This document shows, piece after piece, positions 10,401 to 25,400 of a DNA stretch of 64,000 nt. Source of the stretch: Antedon mediterranea (Eukaryota; Animalia; Echinodermata); contig NC_092674.1 in the NCBI RefSeq assembly GCF_964355755.1, positions 23,436,001 through 23,500,000 on the forward strand. Direction: 5' to 3'. The notes beneath the pieces are model-generated. The model was not told the origin of the DNA and ran no database searches. It was given only the letters and a program-made list of their open reading frames with translations. Position numbers and translations under genes: made by a program. Numbering within the stretch: position 1 is the first letter of the stretch; each line of letters starts with the position of its first letter.

Positions 10401-13400
10401 GGGCCATAGTCGAACATGCATATTGGCGTCTAGACGCAGCCAAATCAGACGGGTTTTGAGACGCGTTTTTGGGTAAACAATAGAAAACGCGTCTGGACGC
10501 TGATTTGTGGTCTGAAATAATTTGTAGATGACGCCTAAAGACCCTAGTACTGTCACAAACTCATCATATACACACTGGGCCCTCTGGGAGAACAGTCTTA
10601 GACTGAAGAGGCTACCAAGTATAGAAAAAATAAAAAGACTGCAAAATGCGAAAAAAATTTGAGTTACTGCTTAGTTACTATTTATTTATTATTTATTCAG
10701 ATTTATATAATAAAAAACATGCAGCCCGAAGGCTGAAATTGTTGATTTACAAAAATATATATATACCATGGAAACACAAATATTTAGAAAATTTATACAA
10801 AACATTACAAAATTTGAAGTCAGTTAAAAAAAATAAAATTATGTTAAAAAAAATTACAAAATTTATATACAAATGCATAGGTCTATATATGTAAATATTT
10901 ATAACATAGCCATCTTCAGCGTGATCAGTTTAGGTACTGTTTAAATTAAGGATTCTACTTAAGGTCTTAAGACGGTTAGTTCTACAAACAGGTATATTAA
11001 TAGGGGTTTATCTACCGTGGTTGATCTAAGCTCTCTAGTAATAATGTGGTAGTCGGGCAAAATAATTCTGTACAATTCCGATTTCAAGAGCCTTTCTCCA
11101 AATTTGTTAATCAACGTCTCTCGTCTGGATGCGAGAGTGGTCATATCTGTAAGCTCAAGAGCTGAATCATATGTAAGGGAAGCGGGACCCAGAATAATAC
11201 GTAAAACTCTCTTTTGCACTCTTTCAATGGTCGATATTTGGGCCTTATTGATGCTTCCATGCCACACAGGGCAGGCGTATTCTAAGATTGGGCGAATATA
11301 ACAAACATAAACGGATATCATATCATGAACTGGTACATTGGCCCTTCTAAGGATATATAACGTATACCAACCTTTTAGATGCTCTTTTTACCATGTCACT
11401 GACATTATTATCCCATTTCAAGTCATCCTGGATTATAAGTCCAAGGAGCTTCATACACGAAACAACATTAAGTGTTGTACCGCTAAGGTAATAATTAGGA
11501 GGGGGAATATTTCTTTTCAAAAAATTAACTCTCATGATGACACTTAGACTAGAGGGTTTAGGGACCATGTGATTTGTATCACACCACTCAGTAAGGTCAT
11601 CAAGACAAGATTGAAGTTTAGGGGCATTACCATGTTTAACAGTGTCACCAAGAGTGAGGTCATCAACGTACTTCCACCATCTGCAGCCTTCCATAGAGAT
11701 ATCATTGACTAATATAAGAAACAAAATTGGCCCAAGCTTTGTACCCTGTGGAATCCCACATGTGATGTTGGCATAAGGGGAAAAGGATGAACTAAGTTTA
11801 GTATTTATTTTACGATCCGTCAGAAAGCTACAGATGGTGGGAATAATAGATGTTCTCACTCCGATGTCGACTAGCTTTCTAACAATGACCGTATGGTCAA
11901 TTCGGTCGAAGGCCTTCGTAAAATCAATGGCACAAATATCCACAAAAGAATCACCTTTTTTAATATCACTAATTACAGACTGAATCATGTCCACAAGATA
12001 ATGGCTAGTAGATGAGCCTTTACGGCAACCAAATTGTTTAATATCTAAATGTTCGTGATTGTCACTAGTCACCCAATCAGTAAGGAATGACTCAAACAAC
12101 TTGGCAAAGATGGGGGTAAGTGAAACTTCCATAACTCGGGAAATACACCTTCAAGACAACAATTAAAAATATGGGCAAGTGGGGTAGCAATTTCAAAGGC
12201 GAATTCTTTTATAAGTTTAATTGGCAAGTAATCAGGGTGACTAGACTTCTTTGACTTTAGTTTATTAATCAATCGTCTGACTTGTCCAGGAAAATTTTTT
12301 GGCGGGGGTTCAAGTGAAGGCAAATATGCAGGAAGAGCATTTACATCAACTGGGGGAAGCTGTCGGCACACAGATATAAAGTGGTTATTGATATCATTTG
12401 CAAGATCTTGATTTGAGTGGCCAGGGAATTTGAACATGGTTCGATTTTTTAGATTGCACAGTTTACGTACACTGTGATGCCATGTTGCCGGATCATTATT
12501 TTTAAGGCCTCGCATTGATTTATCATAACAATTTTTTTTTGCTGAACGAATGCTTCTCTGGACAGCGTTGCGTGTTTCTCTCCATTCAGCTTTAGTACAG
12601 TTGTTATACATTCGCTGCCTTGCATCAAGTCGTCGACGAACGTTTTGAGTCATCCAAGGACGATCAGCTATTCTTTTTCTTATTTGCTTGACAGGGAAAT
12701 TGTGATTAATATGCACCTTTTAAGACATTGAAAAAACCATTTACTTTCTCATTTATACATAAGTTACAATTGAACATCCAGTTCCAGTTATACAGTAGTT
12801 GGTTATCCATTGTCCAAATGATCTTACTGACCACTCTCTGCAAGCAAACGCAATAGCAAACTTTAGTTTACAAACTTGAAGAACCTCAAAATTTGGCAAG
12901 GAAATTGGTAATGTAGAGACCAGACTTAACAAACTTATTAAAATTGTGCAATTAAGTTAAGCCATGCACCTTTCTGACAAACTACAGGTTTCGATGAGGT
13001 TTGTGAACTCTACTGTCTTTGTTATCACATGATCCTCACATGAACAAATTGGCAGACCTCAGTCATTGATTTTGCTTAAAAATCCCCCAAGATCATGCCA
13101 CAAAAATATGAAGAAAAAAAATTAAATAAAGTCAGACTTTAAATAAGAAATTTTAATAAGTTAATCACTGTAAAAAAAAAATGTTTTTACAAGGTTAAAT
13201 TCTACCAAAAACCCATTGGCTGGAATTCCAAAAAAATAATTTAAAAACAAAGACAAAGTTCATTCCATTTCATAAAATTTGTGATAAATAAATTAGTTTT
13301 TCATTTATGTACTTTAACCATCAGTCTGTACTGAGGTTTTTCAGTCTCACAGAATTCGCATCCTTAAGTTGTTGCTTTCTTTTTCAGATTCACAATGAAG

Positions 13401-16400
13401 ACATTCACGATCTTCTCAATCTCAGTACTAAAAAAGAAAATATCGCTATCAGAGAAAGTGTAGAAGGCGGCATTCATATAGCTGGCTTGAAAGAGATAAC
13501 GGTACAATGTGCGGATGACATGTACAAATGTCTGGAGCAAGGTTCAGTTGGACGTACAACTGCTTCTACTGCTATGAATTCAACGTCCAGTCGATCTCAC
13601 GCCATATTTACAATTCACATTGATAACAAATCTAAAGATGAAAGGTGGGTACAGTCGACTCCGCCTTTTCTCACCAGCAAAAAGTAACAATTTGTAAACC
13701 ATTTTTGCATAGTGTAAAAACAATTTCTGACCCCTTGTAAAATTTCACAGACAAGCTGTCGAGAGGCCTGTTTTTTTTTTCGAGATGTTCTGTTACTGTG
13801 CGCGAGTGTATTGCCCTGTTATGACTAATCATAGTAACCAAATAGCGCGCAACTATGTTTTCTCGCGGTTCGCTTTAATAATATCATATTTTATTCACTT
13901 TCCAACGTGAAACTGCGTTATACGAGCACGTCAAAAGTGAAAGGCTACGCACGTGTAAGTTACTGTAACAAAATGGTGAAAATATGCTAAATTTTAAAAT
14001 TAATTTGGATCGTCAGAATGGTCAGGAACACCTATTTTTCATTTCATTTTCTCGAAGTGTATGTATCAATGTATGATTTATTATGAAATTAAGAGAACAA
14101 AAGTTGATTAAGTCATCATTAATTGCATATTAAATGTTAAAAATTAACAATCAAACAAATAATTATGAAATTTTTTTGGGCCGAAATAACAAGCTTAACA
14201 TTAACTTTCTTCCTTAAAATGTTCATATATTAAAGTTAAAAGTATATAGGTTGACAGTACATCATTTTTTTACATTTTTAAAGATGTCATAGTAAAAAAT
14301 TATAATTCATTGCGGTATGTATTAATCTATCTGCACCAAAGTGGTTACTGCATGTAAATACACGGAGGAATATTTCTACAACTTTTAGTCGTTTGTGGAA
14401 GGCTCGGTGGTTTGGGCTCTTGTCTATGGCATTCAAGATTCATGATTGAGTCTCACCTTGGGAAACGAAACGAAATTAAATTTTTTTTTATCCGTATTGT
14501 TTGTTCAATTTTATTTCTTAGTGTATAGATTATACACATGATTTATAATGAAATGTAGATAAAAAGTAACTTATGACTTTATTATTATGTAACAAATGTG
14601 GTTTATGACATTATACGCAGAGGGATATTTGATCGGATTGTGATACCGGCTATTGTATTTGTGTTAGCAAGATCCTATCATATATTATAAATAATTAAAG
14701 ATTCTGAGAAAATCAATCAATCAATATATCTTTTAAAAATCAATTATCTCTTTATTTAAATCAATGCATATAACCTATAATTCGTCATAGTGACGAATTA
14801 AATCTAGTTGTCCTTAATATTGGTGTTCCAAAAGGAGCTTTCTATTGAAGTTTGACTATGAATAAATGAAACAAGATTAACATTTTTAGTGATGGTGGCT
14901 GGCATGCTAAGTTCCACTTGGTTGATCTGGCTGGGTCCGAGAGGGTGAAGAAGACTCATGCCGAGGGAGATCGTTTTCGTGAAGGCAAGTTTCATTATAA
15001 TTTTGTTCATATAATATAATATGATATAATACTTTAAACTGTAGTTTATATTACTCATTAAACAGTATTTACAGTAACAATTATTTGTGATATTATACAT
15101 TATATTGTTTAAAGATTTGCATGAATAAACACTATTAAAGTAAAGGTTTGCGGTACAACACGTTACATGTTTCCAAAAGATAAGTTAAGAACACTAAAAA
15201 AACATTGAAACAATTTCAACTTTACTTTACTATTTCTTTTTTGGAAACATGGTGTACAGTGGCGTAACGCAGGGGGCAAAGGCCCCTTGTTTAGCAATCT
15301 TAAGGGCCTCTCCAACGCTGGGTAGTTGCATTGAAGCCCCTTCAGCTCTTGTGCCCTGAGTTTAGCCAGTTAGTGCTCATAGTTACATACTGAAGTTGTA
15401 CTGTAAAACTTATTTTATACATTGTAAATCTTTTCTTTTTTCAGGTGTTAATATAAATAGAGGGCTGCTGGCATTAGGAAATGTGATTAGTGCTCTAGGA
15501 GATGAAAATGGGCGCAAAGGCCATGTGCCTTATCGAAATGCAAAACTTACAAGACTTCTACAAGGTAAAGACCCATTAAAGGGCCTTTCACACCTGCTCC
15601 GGCACGGTTCCGGTCCGGCGACGGCAAATCCAATCGAACGTCAATGTTTCGTTTTTACGCGGCTACGCGCATATCGATTGGTGCTTGGCCGCGTGGAGCG
15701 TCGTGAAAACGAAAGATTGGCGTTCGATTCGCCGGACCGGAACCGTGCTGGAACAGGTGTGAAAGGCCCTTTACACAAGGAATATAACGATGAATAGATA
15801 AATATGCATTTTTTCTACATAAAACAAAATATATCCAAAAGTTCCTAACCTAGAACTATGAGATAACCATCTACGATGCCTTTATAGAAAATAGTATCAC
15901 ACTTCCAATCAAACGTCATGATTAGTAAGAGCAATAATGTTGTGATGATATAACGATTTTATTGTTCTTATTGATCATGACATCATTTGATTGGATTTTA
16001 AAAAGTATTATTTTGTATCAAAGACAGCATAAATGGATATCCTATAGTTCTAGAATGAAAACTTTTAGAATTTCTTTTGTTTTATGTAAGAAAAATGTAT
16101 GATTATCCATTTATTGTTAATACCATCCTAGTGTACAGCAGCCTTAAAAGTCAAATGTTCTGATGGGGATTATGCTATACCTACCAACTGGTTAAGCTTG
16201 TAGATTTCTTTATATAGGTAGTTAACCTCACAAACAACCAGTCCATGATCAGGGAGAAGTTTCTTTACTCCTTTCGAATAGTTCATTTGCAATTTACTGT
16301 ACTGTATGTACAATGGCTTTATGTCCCCTTCCAAAGGATGAAGCTATCCTGTCTATCTTTAGGATACAAGGCATATGGCACAGACTGGTTTGGAACCCAA

Positions 16401-19400
16401 CCCTCTCATGCTAGTCCAATATTCATTTTGTCATAGCGTTTTCCTGTGCAAAGCTTTAGCAGTGTTACTTAATATTTATATGTTGCTTATTTCAGATTCG
16501 TTAGGTGGTAACAGTCAAACTCTTATGATTGCATGTGTTAGTCCAGCTGATTCCAACATGGAGGAGACGCTTAACACCTTACGCTACGCAGACAGAGCTC
16601 GTAGAATTACCAATAAACCTATCGTAAACCGAGACCCAAAGGAAGCGGAGATTGCCCGTCTTCGTCAACATGTCCAACAGCTTCAAGTTCAACTTGCTCA
16701 ATGCAATGGCGGCGCTCTACCATCTGATATAAAAAACCGAAGTGGAGGTGCTGATATGAGAATTCTTTTAGAAAGAAATAAATCTTTAGAGGTAAAAAAT
16801 AATTTTATAACATGTCTTTGCCTGGTCATTGTATTTCTACGATATTATATAGTATTAAATTGTCAACAGGATTTTTTATTTACTGTCAAAATGATGATTT
16901 AACCTGTAAATGGTAAAATTTATAAACGATTTAATTGGAATTTTAATCGAAAGTTGTAAAACTGTACATTTTAAGTGAAACAAAATGAACATACTAAATA
17001 TTAACATATATTTCGTTTAGGCATAATAAATCAACATTATTGGTATTTGATTACCTAAAAGGCAGATCCAACAAGGGGCTTAGCTGGCCCAGACACCCCT
17101 CCTTACCCCCTCCTTCAACCCCCCCCCCCCCCCTCAGATCAACACTTGATTATACTATTTTTAGGACCTCAATTACTGATATGTTATAGCATGTAAAATT
17201 GTAATTGTGTGTTTTTTAGGCTGAAAATCATAAGCTGACAAATGAACTGCAATCTGCAATTGACCAGACGACTGTCCTTTGTGAGAAAGTTATTCTGGTA
17301 ATATTCCTTTTTGTATACAGTACCAATTATTTAAATGCTCTGTGGTAATCTTTTCTGTACAGTTTACATGTCTGAATTGAATGTAGGCCATCCGACCATG
17401 ATGAACCGAGCTGGTGTTCACCCACTGGGATTGCAGTCCCCAACAGTAACTCATTTATAGCCATCATGGCTGGCGATATGTGTTATTAAAATGAATGTTG
17501 ACTGGATCTTATCAGAACACGGCTCCACACATAGCCCTCAGTGATCTGGAGACTATAATTTATCTAAATACCTGAACAGAATAAAAGCATTCTTGTGTTA
17601 AGCTTATTTCACACCGCGCCCGGATTCGGTTGAAAATGGGTTATTCAGTAAACAAATGACTTCTTGATCCATTACTCTTAATTTGTTGTCCGAATCGGGT
17701 ACAGATTCAAAGCGTACGATTCTGGTGTGAACGATGCTATGCTTTATAGTTGAGTAAAAGTATGGTTGAACCTAGAACGAATTGCAACAGAATTTCTTTT
17801 TGTTTTATCTGGTAAATATGGTCCAAATAAACATCATGTATCTAAAGTTTACCAAAATTGGACATTAGGAAGTGGGTTTAGTTAGCATAAATTCAAAAAG
17901 GCCGCCATTTGCTATTTTGAAGCCCCATATCTCCTTAACTGTTAGATTTAGACCGCCTAAGTGTATTACGAGTAGATATAAATGTGATATTAAACATTCT
18001 AATTAGCATATTTAAATTAACATATGACGTACCTATGACGCATGGTAGTAATAGTTGTGACGTCATATATTATGTTATAACTGCTTAAATGTCATTATAC
18101 TATGCGAACAATTTAGAAACTGCAGGAAACCAATTTTCTTAACCTTCTCCTTGTTGAAATGAACATCTTTTCCAAAGTTTACCGAAATCGGACGTCAGGA
18201 AGTGGGTTAATTAGCATAAATTCAAAATGGCCGCTATTTACTATACCATTTTGAAGCTCTGTATCTCCTTAACGGTTGGTTTTAGACCACCTAAGTGCGT
18301 TGCGAGTAGATATAAATGTGATATTAAACTTTCCAATTTAATAGCATATTTAAATTACCATATGACGTACCTATGAAGTCATAAGATAGTTATGACGTCA
18401 TATTATGTCCCAATAATGCTCAATTGGCATTATTCTAAGAAAAAAAATATAGAAACCGTAGGAAAAGATGTTTTAAATCTCATGAAAATAGTAGAACATT
18501 TAACTCATCCAGGTTAAGATCATGGGTATCAGAAGTTATTTTGCCACCCTTTACAACATGCACTAGAACATTCCAGTTAATTTTCTGCAACTGCATCTTT
18601 TTATAACTGCAATCTCATATATTTAAAGAAAAGAGATTCTTAAGTCTGTAATGAGTCTGGTGTTTAATAATTCAATCCCATCCTAAATATGGAGTCACAG
18701 TTTCCTATCCAAAGTACATACAATAGAAAATGTAATAGTTGGCGCCGTCAAGTACTTCCACCATACATGTAGGCACAGCAAGTCTACTTCACTGGCTTTT
18801 CTTGTCTTGTTAATTTAGGAATGAACAGTTCTTTCTTCGAATATAATTCATCCCTCTGAGTGCAGAGCGTTACAAAGATGTTGCAAATTTGCTCCTTAAG
18901 ATGTTTTCTACTACCGATTATTCCACTATTTTTTGCTCCTTCTGTCTTAAAACGCAATTGCTTTTATAATGATGGAAAAGTAATAGATTAATAAATCCTC
19001 ATCTGCATTAAAAGTTTCTATTCCATTTTTCTGACATTTTCCGTCTAGGAAGTTGAATACTGCTCTTTGTCGAAAAATACTGTAATTTGTAGTGGCAAGA
19101 TTACTTTATTACCTTTTAACAATCCCTTTTGAATTCCGTTGTGTTAAGCAGTATCTTTAACTGATGGTTCTTCATCCTTATTGGCACATTATTGAATGTC
19201 CTTGTTATATGCTCATTGAAACTTTGAAACAGCATTCGTAAGATAAACATTATATGTCATAAAAAAGTTGTTGATGCAATTTCTGGCAATGGAGTAGCAA
19301 CTTTGAAAGCAGAATAGAGATGTTGACACTATACCAATTTTGGATGGGAAACTGTGATAAACCCAGCAGTTGGGTAATTGAGATGAGTTTGTGGGATGGG

Positions 19401-22400
19401 TTCGAATAGCCTCATTACAATTTTTTTTCTCCTTTACCAATTTAAAGATGCAGTTGTAGGAAACAAGATAGGTGTGCGAGTACAAATTTGTTGCGGAAAT
19501 ACAGTACTGTTCTGTAGAATTACTATTTTCATGAGATGTTTGTAAATGAGAAAACTTGATGATAAATTTCAATGGTTTTTACATTTTCCCGATAGGATAT
19601 GTCATTTGAGCAGTATTGTGACATTTTATGACATCACATTTACCATTATGATGTCATAGGTATGTCATATGATAATTTAAATGCTAATTGAAACTTTTAA
19701 TATCACATTTTATGTACTCGTAATGCACATAGGTGGTCTAAAACCAACCGTTTCAAAATGGTAGAGTATAAGTGGCCATTTTGAATTTATGCTAATTAAC
19801 CCCCTTCCGATTTTTGTAAACTTTGGATATCATATTTATTTTAACAGAAAAATGGTTTTTCTGCAGTTTCTACATTTTTTAGCATAGGAATTTAGGATAA
19901 TGTCATTTAAGCAGTTATAACATGATATATGACGTCACAACTACCTTATGATGTCGTAGTTACGTCATATGGTAATTTAAATTTAAATGTGCTAGTTGGA
20001 AAGTTTAATATCACATTTATATCTACTCGCAATGCACTTAGGTGGTCTAAAACCAACTTTTCTCCCCAGGCTGAAATGGCAAAAGACAAGTTAAAGCAGA
20101 AGATAGAAGAGCTTAGAGTGCAGGCTGACATCAGTATTGATGCTCTGAATATCACCATGGAAACCGAGCCTGGTGATGTCAAAGAGCAGTTCAAAGGTCA
20201 ACTGGATGTACTGAAACACATGCAGCAGAAGATATTGGAGGTTCAAGCCACAGAACGCATGGACCACACTGATCTGCTGTCAGCTCAGGAAAATGAATCC
20301 AATAGCAGTAATGAGGTATGTCTACTAGATTATCAGTCTGTGACAACTATGAATGAATACATTGACATTGACAGTCTGTGATTGAGTGATCGGAGGAGCT
20401 CCAGCGGAGTGTGTGCTCCCACAGCTAAATTGAAATTATACTTCTCTATATATTTGACTATTGATATGTTTGTGCTTTCCTGTTAGAAAAACCCGGATCC
20501 AAACATATACAAAATTCTTTGAATGTTGAGTTGTTCTGTCATGAAAAAAAACCTGACATCTGACATGATTTGCACAAAAGACTATGGGATCAGTAGCCGA
20601 GCATCTAAACCACCAAGCTACAGCGCCACTCTTATTGGTATTTTAAACCAATACTTATATTTATATTTCAGGAAAATACTCTCACTGAGAAATCTAAGGA
20701 TGATAATGTTTCCAGTACGGCAGACGACCAGACCTTCTTTAAACACCACACACTGCGCCAGGCAGAGATGGGCCGCGAACTACAGGAGCTGAACAAAGCA
20801 CTGTCATTGAAACAGGAACTCGTTGCCAAGATGGGACAGAGTGATGAAAAAATGACTGTCATGAAAATGCAGTATGACGTGAGTATTTTGTAGTTATCCC
20901 CTACATTGAAATTCTTTTATGCTATGATAATAATAATAATATCCTGGATTTATATAGCGCCTAATGTTGAAGGTGAAACCTTGAAGCGCTGAACATTATT
21001 ACCCCAGTCATCATCAAACACGTATGGAAACATACTCCCATAATGCAGCTAGTAATCAGTGCAAACTTGTGCCTTGATCTAACCGGGTTCCAATATACAC
21101 CTGGGTGCAAAGAGGCAAACGTAAATAAAGTATCTTGCCTAAGGATACAAGCAATGCTACAAGAGTTGGATTCGAACCTCGTTCTCACAATCAGTAGTCG
21201 AACGTCCAATACATACTAATTTACGCAGAGGCCTTTTTTCTGAAACAGATCCTCTTATGTTAACACCACCTAGAGCCAACCTAAAATCCATGCCTAAGGG
21301 CTTCTTCGCTGAGGCACCAGAGATCTGGAACCAACTTCCTCGTTCCATCCATTACACTCCATTCCCTTTTCAATTAAAATCTCTCCTAAAAACTTGCCTC
21401 TAGTTATTCTTTTCATGTTGCGCTGTGAGACTCCGGTAAAGAGCGCTTTATAAATTCGATATTATTTTTTTTATTATTTAGAAAATTACAATGGAAAAGA
21501 TCGGACATTAGGTTTAAGTTCAGCATTTAATATTTTTTTCTTTTCAGCAAAGCTCTAAGCAGCTTGAAAATGAAGTGAGCCAGCTGGTGAAGGAGAAAGA
21601 AGAGCTAACAACTGCACTAAATTCAGTCAAGACAAATGTTAACAGCAATAAGTAAGAGATTCACTCTTATACCCTTTTCACACCTGCAAAAAGTAACAAC
21701 TTGTAATAGGTTATAACTAGGCAGAGGCAGAGATAGTGCATCTAAATTCGGGCATGACAACCCTGAAATAAATAAAAAGTATAAAAGAATTAATAATAAT
21801 AAAAAAGATAATATAACATATAAATAAATAGAATTATATAAGAAATAAATCCAACCAATCCAAACTAAACCCAAAACCAGCTGTGAATACTGCCACCACA
21901 CTGACTAGTTCCATGATAATCAATATGATGATTGTGGATTGTGAAAAGATGAAGAACCAGGTTTGCATAGTGTGAAGACAAATCTCGAGAGAAAAGCAAA
22001 CCAACAAAAGGCCTGTTTTTTTTGTTCCTAGTTTTGCCCTTGTAATAAACTGACCAATCATAGTAATCAAATAATACACAATAAAGCTTTCTCCCGAGAT
22101 TTCTCACATGGTTCCTGTATACTTGTATGAAAACGTGTAATTAATCGAGAGATCAAACCTGGTTACAACTTATTTATGCAGGTGTGAAAAGATTTGAAAA
22201 ATTGAGATTATTTTACCCAAGCCTGACTGTGTGGCTCAGTTAATCTTACTCTTCCTGAAAATATAAACATTTATTACCTCCTTTCTTTATTTTCCAAAAA
22301 AGTCTATCGTTTCTTTATATAAAATAATAAATAAATGATGGTGGATATCACATGTTTTTTGTCAGTTTGATAGAGTAGACAGAGCTTAAGTTTTCATGGA

Positions 22401-25400
22401 AACTAAATTGATGCAAAATAGGTTCCAATATTTCACTCTTGTAGAATAAAAAAAAACTTTATATTGAAATTGTTGCCATAGAAAGATAAACATTTCTCTT
22501 CTTTTCTTTATTTTTAGGATCAGTGAACAAAGAAGAAAACGTCTACTTGAATTAGAATCACAGATCACAGACTTGAAGAAAAAAATTGTAGAACAGAATA
22601 AATTGCTTAAGTTTAAAGAACAAAGTGTAAAAGCTGTTGACAAACTGAATAACGAAATTCATGTAAGATATAAGAATTGTATCATGAATACCGCATTTAT
22701 TTGAATAAACACCCCTTAAAAATGCTTGTTCGCTGTTATGAAAATATTCCAACATGAGCCAGTTACAAAATTCCGAACCCTATCAGTGATTTGAAACTGA
22801 TTCTCAAGCACATTATCTTTTTCAAGGAAATTATTTTTTAAATAATTTAAATTTTCTTAGTAGTTTTTTGACCAAATCTTTCCAAATTTATAATCCTTTC
22901 TATTGCTGTTATTTGTATTGTAACATAGATTTTGTTGTTTTCAGTCCATGAAACATGCAAGAGTTAAATTAATGCGACAGATGAAGGAAGATGCCGAGAA
23001 AGTACGAACCTGGAAAGCTGCCAAAAACAAAGAGGTTATGCAACTGAAAGCACAGGTAATAAAACAGTGATTTTTGTTGTAATTATTTATTTTTATTTTA
23101 TGTATTTAGGCACTTGTGGTCAAGGATTACTAATAGTTAATTAATCACGACCCTGCCTTAAACGCTTGGCCATTTGACTCATTCAGTTTATAATATCCCT
23201 ACAATATAATAAACCCTACCTTTTTACCACATTCGGGAACATTTGGTACACTGTCTATTTTCAAATTAGTAGCACAGAACTTGAAATATGCATCCTTCAT
23301 GTAGATGTATTATGGATGGTGTATGTGAAAATAAAGAATTGAATTGACTAGTACCTCTTATTAATAAAATGTCTGGTTGGACTTTTTCACTCGATACTAA
23401 ATCTTTATTGGTTGATCTAGCCTCACACATTATCAATATCATGCATTTTTTATGGATGTTTTCTATATCAGGACCGAAAACGGCAATGTGAATATGCAAA
23501 ACTGGAAAGAGTGCACGTGAAACAGCAGCATGTTCTTCGAAGAAAAATGGAAGAGGTATGGTTATATTTGCCATAGCCTACTTGAATGTATAGATTGTTT
23601 AAACCTTGAAAGTATTTAGGCATTTATTTATAAAGATGTGTAGACTGTTTATGGCCATACCACATTGAAAAACCAATTCTCATATCACAAAAAATAATAT
23701 TACTGTATTATTATTATTTTCAGGCTTCTACTGCCAACAAACGTCTAAAAGAAGCCATGCAGAAGCAGAAAGCAGCCGCTGAATCTAGAGGGCGCTTTGA
23801 TGAGCGTAACCAGCAGGGTATTGGCAAACGAATCAGGGTAGGAAATCAATATTTTAAAAATGATATTTTACACTATGTAACACTGATAAAAAGACACTTT
23901 AGTTAATATATATGAATAAAATATATAAGAATAAGAGCTGATTCCATTCTTGAAAAGCATTGGCTTAGGTGGTCTAATTTTGGGATTTTACAGTGATTGT
24001 GGGAGTCTAAATGTTTATGATCGAATGGATGGTAACATTGAACACAATTATGCAGGAATCCATGTTTTTTTTTAATAGAGCTTTTTAGAACATGAACTTG
24101 AAGTACTAGTAAGCATCAACGAAGCAAAGCGCCACCTTGCATCACTCATTGCTGACCGCAAAACGATTACCAAACAGCTTGCTGATTTAAATGAAGTGCC
24201 TCCGAATAAGGTCAGCCTTGTTTCTTGTAACCTTTTAGTGGGTAACCACCACTGCCCTGTACAACATATATATGGCATTCTTTATTTGTTGTTATTGATG
24301 TATTAAAAAACAGTAAATTTTAGTTTATAAATGATATTATGAAAATATAATATTATAGGTTTTTTTATGGATTCGCCTATTTAGTCAATGTGTGTACATG
24401 TGTGGGTCCCGTGGGCTTAATCAGTGAGCACTCATAACCGTTATTCTACTGCCTGGGGCTTATTTTTGGTTTGGTTTGCTTTTTTTACCTTAAAAAATTA
24501 GAAATCCAAAGATACTGACGGAAGTAAGAGTGACAGTGAGAACCCAGACAAGTCAAGCCTTAAAGAAGACCTTGTGTTGAGAAATGCACAGATCTCGGAC
24601 CTACAGCAGAAGATTGTGGATGCTGATCAAGGTTGGTTTCTTCATTCGGTGGTTGGGCAAAACTATCTGGTGATAGGAGAGATAATAGAAATGTTTAACC
24701 TTTTAATGTAACCAGTAAGCAACTATGTCTGCACTGTTCAAATTGAGAATTCAACATCATAATTTAGTAATTGTAGGAATGTTGTAGCGCCACCTATAAT
24801 AATATGAAAACGCATGTCTTGAGCAGGCTCCGCCATCTTGAGTTACCATAATGTTAGAGCTAGTATGCTTGTACTTCATGATCATTAAAATACCTCTCGG
24901 AGACACTAAAGAGTAGTCGTCGATCGTCTGTTATTTCCGTATGCATTATAAGAATCTATGACCCAACAGTAATAACATAATCGCAGCAGGGAGTACAACT
25001 CCCTGATCGCAGTAACAGCTGACAACCTAGACACTATACACACATTGTGTTGTACATATAATTTCCTGGAACTAAAGCTCTGTCAAACTAGTTTGACAAA
25101 AGATGTTTGATGTGCCCAAATATGCAGGCATGTCACCACGCTGGTTGGCCCCGACCAGCACTCAACATTTCCGACCAGGATTTACAGGCTGTCGACCACC
25201 ACTATTATTTATTAATCACTACGATATTTATATTAGGCCTAGGCCTAACTAAAATTCGTACTAAAACATTTTACCTAGCGCATCGTTAATAACAGACAAG
25301 CTAGCCTCATATAGATAAGACAAAAGACTACAGCAAATGTTTCCGTGGTTACGTACGTTACTTTATTTGTAACACAATACCAGGCCTACCCTGCCCTGGT

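Noticed and set aside
18480-19572. Possible transposase remnant between the inverted arms
   Set aside because: No recognisable catalytic motif by eye; a translated homology search would be needed.
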